Part shown: piece by piece, positions 56,692 to 64,000 of the stretch
How the letters are laid out: the number at the start of each line of letters is the position of its first letter
Position numbering within the stretch: position 1 is the first letter of the stretch
Source of the DNA: Parcubacteria group bacterium
GTDB lineage: Bacteria; Patescibacteriota; Minisyncoccia; Moranbacterales; UBA9337
Length of the DNA stretch: 64,000 bases
NCBI GenBank assembly: GCA_041662245.1
Contig: JBAZSW010000001.1
Location: 119,757-183,756 of the forward strand
Reading direction: 5' to 3'
Translations under genes and position numbers: made by a program
The notes under the pieces: generated by a model
What the model was told of the DNA's origin: nothing
What the model saw: only the letters and a program-made list of their open reading frames with translations
Databases searched by the model: none

Positions 56692-57810
56692 ATGAAAATC
56701 GCAATTCAGGCAGCGGATTTAGATAATAAGAGAATTGATGGAACAAGAGTGTATCTTTTAAATGTACTCAAATATCTAGGCAAACTTTCTCCAAAAGATG
56801 AGTTTATAATTTATCATAAAAATAATTTTAATTCAGAGCTAATTCCAGCTATTTTTCCTAATTATAATATAAAAAAATTAAAATTTTTTAAACTTTGGAC
56901 GCAAACTAGATTTGCTTTTAATATTTGGAAAGATAAAGTGGATATCTTGTGGATGCCGATGCATAATATTCCACTTTTAAAAAATAAAAATTTAAAAACA
57001 ATAGTTACTATTCACGATTTAGCTTTTAAACAATTTCCTAAAACCTTTCCCAAAAAGGATTTGTTTAAGCTTAATCTTTTGACTGATTTGGCGATAAAAA
57101 AATCCGATAAGCTTATTGCCGTTTCTTATTCCACTAAAAGAGATATTTTGAAATTTTATCCTGAGATAAAGAAAGATAAAATTAAGGTTATTTATCATGG
57201 TTTTGACGCGGAGCTTTATCAAAGGGAATTTTATCAAGAGATTATAGATAAGACTTTGGAAAGTTATAAGTTAAGAGCCAAAAAATATATCTTATATGTT
57301 GGCGCTATTCAACCTCGAAAAAATTTAAAGACATTAGTTGAGGCTTTTGAGATTTTTAAAAAAGAAAATAAAAATAATATTAAACTAGTTTTAGCGGGAG
57401 GCAGGGCTTGGAGTTGGCAAGAATCAATGGATTCAATTGAAAAAAGTCCCGAGAGAGATAATATTATTCTAACAGGCAGGATTCCTTTTGACGATTTATC
57501 GATTTTGCAACAAAATGCAACTATTTTTATTTTTCCTAGCCTTTATGAAGGATTCGGAATTCCAGTTTTAGAGGCTTTTGCTGCGGGAACTCCAGTCATT
57601 TTAGCGAGAAATTCTAGTTTAGAAGAAGTTGGGGGAGAGGCGGCTAAATATTTTGATAGTTTAGATAGTAAAGAATTAGCTCAAAAAATTAACGAAGTAG
57701 TAAATAGTTCAGAATTGCAAAAAGAAATGATAGCAAAGGGCAAACAACAACTAAAAAAATTCTCTTGGGAAAAATGCGCCAAAGAAACTTTGGAATTTAT
57801 TAAGTCATAA
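56692..57810 (+). CDS. Glycosyltransferase family 4
   Basis: TIHDLAF, VGAIQPRKNL, FPSLYEGFGIPVLEAF, FSWEKCA. Confidence 0.93.
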   Translation: MKIAIQAADLDNKRIDGTRVYLLNVLKYLGKLSPKDEFIIYHKNNFNSELIPAIFPNYNIKKLKFFKLWTQTRFAFNIWKDKVDILWMPMHNIPLLKNKNLKTIVTIHDLAFKQFPKTFPKKDLFKLNLLTDLAIKKSDKLIAVSYSTKRDILKFYPEIKKDKIKVIYHGFDAELYQREFYQEIIDKTLESYKLRAKKYILYVGAIQPRKNLKTLVEAFEIFKKENKNNIKLVLAGGRAWSWQESMDSIEKSPERDNIILTGRIPFDDLSILQQNATIFIFPSLYEGFGIPVLEAFAAGTPVILARNSSLEEVGGEAAKYFDSLDSKELAQKINEVVNSSELQKEMIAKGKQQLKKFSWEKCAKETLEFIKS

Positions 57811-57875
57811 TCATTATTGAATAATATATAGCAAGTGTTGTAAGTTGTAAAAAACTCTTTTTAAAAAGAGTTTTT

Positions 57876-58268
57876 TTAGTCTTCGGTTTTTAAAAGTATT
57901 TTATAAAAATAAAATAAAATGAGCAATGTTGCAAGTGTAATTATCGCAATAGGAAAAAGTTTAAATTCTAAATTGGCTAGAATAAAAATTATCAGAGATA
58001 TGATAATCAAAAAAATAGACAAAAGGTTAGAAGATTTATCTAGGAAGGATTTTGTTAATTTAAAATTCAGGGTTGAAAAATAAATTAAAAAAATGACAAT
58101 AGTTATTCCTAAAATTAACTTTAAAAAACTAAGCTGGGCAGAAATAAAATCTGGTAAAATTCCTTCGGATAAAATGGCTATTCCCCAAACAACTAAAAGG
58201 GTAACTAAAATATTTTTTAGTATTTTGTAAAGTATTATTTTTTTAGCGGAGGTTATTTTTAAATGCAT
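57876..58268 (-). CDS. Small multi-TM membrane protein
   Basis: Four hydrophobic helices; start at MHLKIT avoids overlap with the upstream gene. Confidence 0.65.
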   Translation of the reverse strand: MHLKITSAKKIILYKILKNILVTLLVVWGIAILSEGILPDFISAQLSFLKLILGITIVIFLIYFSTLNFKLTKSFLDKSSNLLSIFLIIISLIIFILANLEFKLFPIAIITLATLLILFYFYKILLKTED

Positions 58269-58278
58269 ATTTTTGAGG

Positions 58279-59223
58279 TTAGCTTTCTTTAAATCCAAAA
58301 CGGTAAAAAGTCTTCTGTTTTAAATCGCCTAAAAAAAACATGAAATTTTCTTGGCTAGGTGTTTTTTTAAATTCCAAATTGATTTGTTTTATTTTTAGAT
58401 TGGCCGGTAAATTTTCTAAGGTGAAATTGTAATCTTTCCCAAGGAGTGGATTTACCGAGGATAAGTTAACCACACACTCATATTTCTTTTTAGATAAGAA
58501 GGATTTTGTTAGGGTACAATTCATTTTCTCTTTCAGACTTTGGTCATTAACTTCTATAGCATTTATTATGTTTTCTTTAGGGGGATTGATAATTTTCCTT
58601 TTGGTATGATTTTCTATGAAATAATAATTCTCATCAGGAATTGTTTTAAGAATTGTTCCTGTGGGATGAGCAGAATTGATGTCGGCCAACTTTTGTTTTT
58701 CATAAATACTTAGATCCTTATTGTTGGGATGAACATTTTTCCATTGATAGCCCAAACTTTCAAAAGTAGTAGGATTATTAATAGGTGTTTCTTGGTTGTT
58801 GCCAATAATGAAAACTGATCCATCAAGAGAAATCAATTGATTCTCTTCTTTGTTATTTAGATCTTCTAAATTTTGGGCTGTAGGATAAAAAAAGGCTTTG
58901 TATGATTTTTGGATAGAAATGGTTTGATTTTCTAGTGGGGCGTCAGAGTTTAGCAACTCCATGTTTATCTTTACTTGAGAAAATCTCAGTGGCGTAGAAG
59001 CATAAAAACTTAACATTTTTTCTGATAAGGTAGTGTCTGTAATGGTGTTTTTAAGGCTGTTTATATTAGCAAAGGAATAAACGAAGTACCCAGAAGGAAA
59101 AATGATTCTATAGATTGCTAAAATGGCTAACATGAAAAATGTAAAAAAAACAAGCGAGTTGATAACTAAATAAATTTTTTTATTTTTTTTATTCAATTTT
59201 AAGGAGTCTATTGTGTGAGGCAT
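58279..59223 (-). CDS. Single-TM hypothetical protein
   Basis: N-terminal TM; HPTGTILK...YYFIEN..KRKI repeat-like motif. Confidence 0.7.
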   Translation of the reverse strand: MPHTIDSLKLNKKNKKIYLVINSLVFFTFFMLAILAIYRIIFPSGYFVYSFANINSLKNTITDTTLSEKMLSFYASTPLRFSQVKINMELLNSDAPLENQTISIQKSYKAFFYPTAQNLEDLNNKEENQLISLDGSVFIIGNNQETPINNPTTFESLGYQWKNVHPNNKDLSIYEKQKLADINSAHPTGTILKTIPDENYYFIENHTKRKIINPPKENIINAIEVNDQSLKEKMNCTLTKSFLSKKKYECVVNLSSVNPLLGKDYNFTLENLPANLKIKQINLEFKKTPSQENFMFFLGDLKQKTFYRFGFKES

Positions 59224-59229
59224 ATTTTT

Positions 59230-61128
59230 TTATTTGATTATTTCGAAAATAGAACCGTTGACCACTCGGGTTTCTTTTTGAGGAAGAGTATATGAATTAT
59301 CGGAAGTTAAAACATCTGACGAAAGGGAATATTCTTTAATAAATAACATATTTTCTCCTAGCACAGTTTTTTTATAATAATCAATGTTAGACTGGGGAGT
59401 AATTAAAAACACTTTGTTATATTTTTCTTTGTCGATTTTTGCTAAGTCTTGAGGATTAAAAAAATAAACAGCATTCTTATTAAAAATAGAGCCTAAAGTA
59501 TCGGCAATCATTTCAAAATTATTTCCACTAGCTGTTTGATCAACTAAAATTAAATCTTGGGCAGAAAAATTTTGATTAATTTGTCGAGTTCCTTCTAATA
59601 ATTCTTTGTTTGGAACAAATGTTAGATACTTAGTAAAGGAAGGTAGATTAAAAGCCACTATTATTAGAGTGATTATTATTCCTGGGATAACTCTTTTTTT
59701 GGCGTAGAGAGAATTGATTAAAAATAATGAATAGATGATAAATAGAGGCAAAATAGAAAAAGTGAATCTGCGAAGCATCCATGGATGCTCAATAGTTATT
59801 TGAGGACTAATGATATAGAAAAAAGAAGGAAAAACGATAAATAATGGGGTAAGTATTTGATATTTTTTCTTTTTGGCTAAATAAAAAATTCCTGCTAATC
59901 CAAATAAAATAGGCATCAATATTCCGTAAAGTCCAAATATTTTAAACAGATTAAATATTAATAAAAGGCTATTGTTTTTTACAACATCAGAAGAATTTTC
60001 GCTTATATTTTCCAGTGTTGCTTTTAGAATCGATTTATAAAAATAGATATCTACGTTTAAATTCCAAACAAAAATTATTCCAATAAATATTATAGGAAGT
60101 AAAATTATTTTTAGGAAACTCTTTCTATAATATCTCCCAGTGTTGCTATTAATTAATAAAAAAACTAGCGCTAGGGAGAAAAACACTATTCCTTCAATGC
60201 GAGTAAAAACCAACAATCCCAAGCTTGAAAAAAGCAAAATCAAGAGAGCTTTTTGATATTTTGGGCTTTGGGTTTTAGATTCAGTTAATAATAAAAGAGC
60301 AAAAATTCCAGACCAAAGCAGGGGAAGGGCAATGTTTTCAGTAAGCGTAAACTTACTAAACCACATAAAACAAAAAGATGTTAGTAAAATGATTAATCCA
60401 GATATTTGAGTGAGGATTTTTGTTTTGGCAGAGGCTCTGATTAAATTGGTAAGTTTGTGAAATATTAGATATAAAACTAAAAAAGAAAGATAGATCAGAA
60501 TGGCGTTGGCGACCTTGAATCCGATAATTCCTAAAAATGAATAAAATAGAGCTAACCAAGATATATAGACAATTGGAAACTGGGTGATTAATTTACCATC
60601 TGAAGTGTAATAAAAGCCTGGAAAATTGAAAGCCTTAGAGGAAGTTTTAGCTTTACAGAAAACCTGATAGAATTTTGATTTTAGAGAATTATCAACTTTA
60701 AAATCATCCAAATTATCAATAAGGCAATTTTTTAGTTTATCTTTTTGGATATTGTTAATTTTAAAGAAATCCTCGGAAACTGAAGTAGAAAATTTTAAAT
60801 TCCCAGTTTTCGAAAGATAAATGGAGGCTTGGCTAATAGAGCCCTGATCGCGACCCGTAAATATAGTAGGAGACGAAAAAAAAGTAAAAAATATAGCAGT
60901 TAGTATTAGTAGAATGTTTATGATTAAAAAAGAAGAGGATAATCTAGTTAAATTAAATAAGATAAACCTAGCCCCTCCTGCGGTTATTATAGCTATAAGA
61001 AGCGAGATGCTCCACCAATAAAAAATACCCAAAAGTGTCAGTAGAAAAAGACCCCATCCGATGGCTACCACAAAAAGCGATAAGCAGACAAAGAAATTGT
61101 AATCATGATTATTTTTTTTGCTCTCCAT
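59230..61128 (-). CDS. Polytopic membrane protein, GT-C-like
   Basis: More than 10 TM; GRDQGS, QFP, TENIAL, RIEG, HPWMLRRF. Confidence 0.65.
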   Translation of the reverse strand: MESKKNNHDYNFFVCLSLFVVAIGWGLFLLTLLGIFYWWSISLLIAIITAGGARFILFNLTRLSSSFLIINILLILTAIFFTFFSSPTIFTGRDQGSISQASIYLSKTGNLKFSTSVSEDFFKINNIQKDKLKNCLIDNLDDFKVDNSLKSKFYQVFCKAKTSSKAFNFPGFYYTSDGKLITQFPIVYISWLALFYSFLGIIGFKVANAILIYLSFLVLYLIFHKLTNLIRASAKTKILTQISGLIILLTSFCFMWFSKFTLTENIALPLLWSGIFALLLLTESKTQSPKYQKALLILLFSSLGLLVFTRIEGIVFFSLALVFLLINSNTGRYYRKSFLKIILLPIIFIGIIFVWNLNVDIYFYKSILKATLENISENSSDVVKNNSLLLIFNLFKIFGLYGILMPILFGLAGIFYLAKKKKYQILTPLFIVFPSFFYIISPQITIEHPWMLRRFTFSILPLFIIYSLFLINSLYAKKRVIPGIIITLIIVAFNLPSFTKYLTFVPNKELLEGTRQINQNFSAQDLILVDQTASGNNFEMIADTLGSIFNKNAVYFFNPQDLAKIDKEKYNKVFLITPQSNIDYYKKTVLGENMLFIKEYSLSSDVLTSDNSYTLPQKETRVVNGSIFEIIK

Positions 61129-61251
61129 AACTAAACTATAAAGGCAAAAGGGCTACTTGGCAAGGTTGTGCAGTTTATTGATTTGAGGTAAAATTTATTT
61201 AGCAAATATATTACTTAGTTTTAAGTAAAACTATAATTTGTGGAGTTAATT

Positions 61252-61423
61252 TTGAATTTCGATTTTTGAATTTCGATTAAATTCCCAATGAATTATTTTT
61301 TATTTTTGATTAATAAATATTGAGTTTAATATTTCAAAGTGGAGTTGAAAAGGTGTTAAGTTTTTAAAACATTTGTAAATTAAAATTTTAATCAAAGTTC
61401 GAAATTAAAAATTCGAAATTCAA
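61252..61423. repeat. Intergenic inverted repeat built from tandem heptamers
   Basis: TTGAATTTCGATTTTTGAATTTCGA ... TCGAAATTAAAAATTCGAAATTCAA. Confidence 0.6.
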
Positions 61424-61427
61424 CGGT

Positions 61428-61799
61428 GTGTCTCTAAAAGCTTATATTTGGAGTTTAATGTTAAGTACCTTTTTAGCGCTGGGCGCTTGGCTTTTTGTTT
61501 TGTTTAATATTGATCCATTCAAATCAGGAATAATTGGTCAGATTTTCTTTTATTTTAGTTTTTGGCTTTTTTTGATGGGAATATTGGTAAATATTTTAGT
61601 TTGGTTAAGGGTGAAATTTCTGGGAGGAGAAAACGCCATTGAAACTATGGGTCTCAGCTTTCGTCAGGGTTTTCTTTTAGCGCTGTTGGTTATTTCAATC
61701 ATTATGCTTAATGCTTATGGTTATTATACTTGGTGGATAGGTCTATTGGTAATAGCCGGAATATTTTTGGTGGAATTATATTTTTTGAGTAGAGAATGA
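61428..61799 (+). CDS. Small 4-TM membrane protein
   Basis: IDP, SFRQGFLL motifs; GTG start. Confidence 0.7.
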   Translation: MSLKAYIWSLMLSTFLALGAWLFVLFNIDPFKSGIIGQIFFYFSFWLFLMGILVNILVWLRVKFLGGENAIETMGLSFRQGFLLALLVISIIMLNAYGYYTWWIGLLVIAGIFLVELYFLSRE

Positions 61800-61931
61800 A
61801 ATCATAAAACATAAATCATATAGCATAAAACATGAGTCATAAAGTATGGAACATGTAACTATGTGATAAATTTTTTTAAGAAATAAGAATAAGATTTTAG
61901 ATATTAATTTAAAAATAATAAGTGTAAAAAT

Positions 61932-62435
61932 ATGAGCGAGGCTGAAGAAAAAGAAAAGTATAAAAGACCCTCTTGGGATGAATACTTTTTAAATTTAGTT
62001 CAAACAGTGCGAACTAGGGGGACTTGTGATCGAGGAAGGTCGGGTTGTGTGGTTACTAAAGATAATCGAATATTAGTTACTGGTTATGTAGGCTCTCCAA
62101 TTGGAACTGCACACTGTGATGATGTGGGACATGAAATGAGCACAGTAACTCATGCAGATGGCTCTAAGACTCAACACTGCATCAGAACTGCACATAATGA
62201 ACAAAATGCTATTGCTAATGCTGCTAGGTTTGGGGTAGCTTTAGAAGGATCAACTATTTATTGTCATATGACTCCTTGCTATACTTGTGCTAAAATTATA
62301 ATAAATGCTGGGATAAGGCGCGTTGTTTGTGCTAAGGATTATCATGGCGGAGAAAGAAGCCGTGAAATTTTCAAAGAAGCTGGGGTGAAATATGATTTAG
62401 TGAAAAACGAAATGGAAATATATGATAATATGTAA
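61932..62435 (+). CDS. dCMP deaminase (ComEB-like)
   Basis: RPSWDEYF, HNEQNAI, PCYTC zinc motifs. Confidence 0.92.
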   Translation: MSEAEEKEKYKRPSWDEYFLNLVQTVRTRGTCDRGRSGCVVTKDNRILVTGYVGSPIGTAHCDDVGHEMSTVTHADGSKTQHCIRTAHNEQNAIANAARFGVALEGSTIYCHMTPCYTCAKIIINAGIRRVVCAKDYHGGERSREIFKEAGVKYDLVKNEMEIYDNM

Positions 62436-62458
62436 TTTTAAAATAATTAAAAATTAGA

Positions 62459-62590
62459 GCCTCCTTTCCTTAGAAGGGGAGGATCGAGAAGGGGCTTGAA
62501 ATCTAAAGTAATTTTAGAGAACCCCCCTCTGCCTATCGGCATCCCTGCCTGCCGGCAGGCAGGTCCCCCTTGAGTACAAGAGGGAGAGGG
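62459..62590. repeat. GC-rich intergenic multi-hairpin element with nested 20-bp palindrome CCTGCCTGCCGGCAGGCAGG
   Basis: Hairpins CCTCCTTTC..GAAGGGGAGG and CCCCCTTG..CAAGAGGG; perfect palindrome at 62544-62563. Confidence 0.7.
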
Positions 62591-62621
62591 TAATTGAAAT
62601 GATGTTAGTTTTAAAAATAAT

Positions 62622-63164
62622 ATGACAAAAGTAATTTTGGGAATTGCCGGCGAAATCGCTGCCGGAAAGGGAACTACAGCAAAATATTTAGTAGAAAAAT
62701 GTGGCGCCTCGACTCATCGTTTCTCTACTGCTCTTCGGGATGTGGCCAAAAGGATGTATCTAGATGAAAGTCGAGAAAACTTACAACAGCTCTCTACTTT
62801 AATGAGAGATGGTTTTGATGATAATATTTTGTCTAGAGTAATTTATAATGATGTTGGAAAGGATTCTTGCGAAGTTGTAGTGATTGATGGCGTTCGTCGA
62901 ATGAAGGATATCGAATTTTTGGAGAAAATGCCTGAGTTTAAGCTGATTTATATTGAAGCAGATTTAAGGAAGCGTTACGAACGAATAACTAAGCGAAGAG
63001 AAAATATAGACGACAAAGAAAAAACTTTCGATGAATTTAGAAGAGATAATAAAAGAGAAGCGGAAATTCAAATAAAATATTTAAAAGATGAAGCAGATTT
63101 TGTAATTGATAATAATGGAACATTAGAAGAGCTTTATGCTCAAATTGACAAAATAGTAGCTTGA
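62622..63164 (+). CDS. P-loop nucleotide kinase (dephospho-CoA kinase / NMP-kinase-like)
   Basis: GIAGEIAAGKGT, VIDGVRR, ADFVIDNNGTLEEL. Confidence 0.75.
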   Translation: MTKVILGIAGEIAAGKGTTAKYLVEKCGASTHRFSTALRDVAKRMYLDESRENLQQLSTLMRDGFDDNILSRVIYNDVGKDSCEVVVIDGVRRMKDIEFLEKMPEFKLIYIEADLRKRYERITKRRENIDDKEKTFDEFRRDNKREAEIQIKYLKDEADFVIDNNGTLEELYAQIDKIVA

Positions 63165-63303
63165 TTAAGCCATTTTTTGGTTGGGCATTTTAAAGAGTTC
63201 AATCGTTTTGGAGCGATTGAGTTTTTGGTTTCCTAATTTTTTCTAAATATGTTAAAATAGGAATCCCAAGAGTTTTAGCAAAAATTAAAATATAATAATC
63301 TTC

Positions 63304-64000
63304 ATGGAAAAAGAAAAAAATAATCATGTAGTTAGGGATTTGAAGCAGGGTGGTTTTGTTTTAATTTTAAATAATGAAGCTAAGATTGATGCACAAGCGG
63401 AAGCCATGTTGCAGGCATTGCATTCTCGTTCTACTGGAGGGATTTATCAGCATCTAAAAATTTTAAAAGAAAGAGGCGCAGAGAATTTTATGCAACAGTT
63501 TTATGTGGGCTATGGGCATAAATCCATTGGGGACTGTGGAAGTGCTACTATATTCGTAGAAGGGGTTTCAATGTTGGCCGCTAAAGCTATTCAAGATTGG
63601 CGGCTTTATTCGGGGCAAGAAGCTTCTACCCGTTATGTAGATTTTTCTAAGCAAAAATTCATTAATCCATTAAGTAGCAAAGAGGGAGAGAAAGTTCAAG
63701 AAAATTGGAGAAATTTTTATTTGGAAGCGCAAATTCCGATTCAAGAGCATCTCAAAAAACAATTTCCAAAAAAAGATGACGAGGATGGAAAAACTTACGA
63801 AAAAGCGATTGTGGCGCGAGCCTTTGACATCACCAGATCATTTTTGCCTGCCGGAGCGACAACTAATGTGGCTTGGCGAATGAATTTTCGTCAGTTAGCT
63901 GATGAGTTAATGTTGCTAAGACATCATCCACTAGAAGAAGTAAGAGACATTGCTGATAAAACAGAAGAAGCTCTTCAGGAGGCTTATCCTAGTTCTTTCG
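63304..64000 (+). CDS. thyX: FAD-dependent thymidylate synthase (runs off window end)
   Basis: Manual translation: ...QALHSRS...FYVGYGHKSIGDC...EGVSMLAAK...QEASTRYVDF...AFDITRSFLPAGATTNV..MNFRQL. Confidence 0.85.
   Translation, partial: MEKEKNNHVVRDLKQGGFVLILNNEAKIDAQAEAMLQALHSRSTGGIYQHLKILKERGAENFMQQFYVGYGHKSIGDCGSATIFVEGVSMLAAKAIQDWRLYSGQEASTRYVDFSKQKFINPLSSKEGEKVQENWRNFYLEAQIPIQEHLKKQFPKKDDEDGKTYEKAIVARAFDITRSFLPAGATTNVAWRMNFRQLADELMLLRHHPLEEVRDIADKTEEALQEAYPSSF

Noticed and set aside
1-64000. CRISPR array, rRNA, retron or DGR
   Set aside because: No regularly spaced identical repeats with unique spacers, no cas or reverse transcriptase motifs, and no rRNA-like segment seen
1-64000. Genome-wide UGA recoding (code 25 or 4)
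   Set aside because: Long genes are intact in code 11, and several end properly at TGA (e.g. 38635, 53716, 63164)

Overview
AT-rich bacterial chromosome window in standard genetic code 11. Gene content suggests Patescibacteria/CPR (Parcubacteria-like); this taxonomy is inferred, not searched. Left part (0.7-17 kb): large acidic ORFans, a TraD/VirD4-like ATPase with a pilin-like gene, a PfkB kinase, an FtsA-like plus baseplate-J-like pair, dnaG, and rpoD with a lysine-rich N-terminal tail. At 17.16-17.80 kb tRNA-Asn(GTT) is split inside the anticodon by a 566-nt group I intron that carries an HNH endonuclease in its P1 loop. Downstream is a tRNA-anchored accessory island (17.8-23.9 kb) with 252-bp direct repeats and REP-like CTAGGACCGTCCTAG palindromes. 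It holds a Y1/RAYT-like transposase, a single-TRD HsdS-like gene, a HigB / HTH-IrrE / Beta-family / sce7726-like nuclease cassette (candidate defence system) and a Doc toxin with an unannotated small partner. Next come two giant secreted proteins, one with a dockerin and one with a cohesin. The right half has ORFans, envelope and transport genes (P-type ATPase, ZnuACB-like, glycosyltransferases), tRNA-Gln(CTG) followed by tandem tRNA-3'-end mini-elements, a small ORF with an in-frame UGA, and a dCMP deaminase / kinase / ThyX cluster. All family assignments come from motif recognition by eye; no searches were run.
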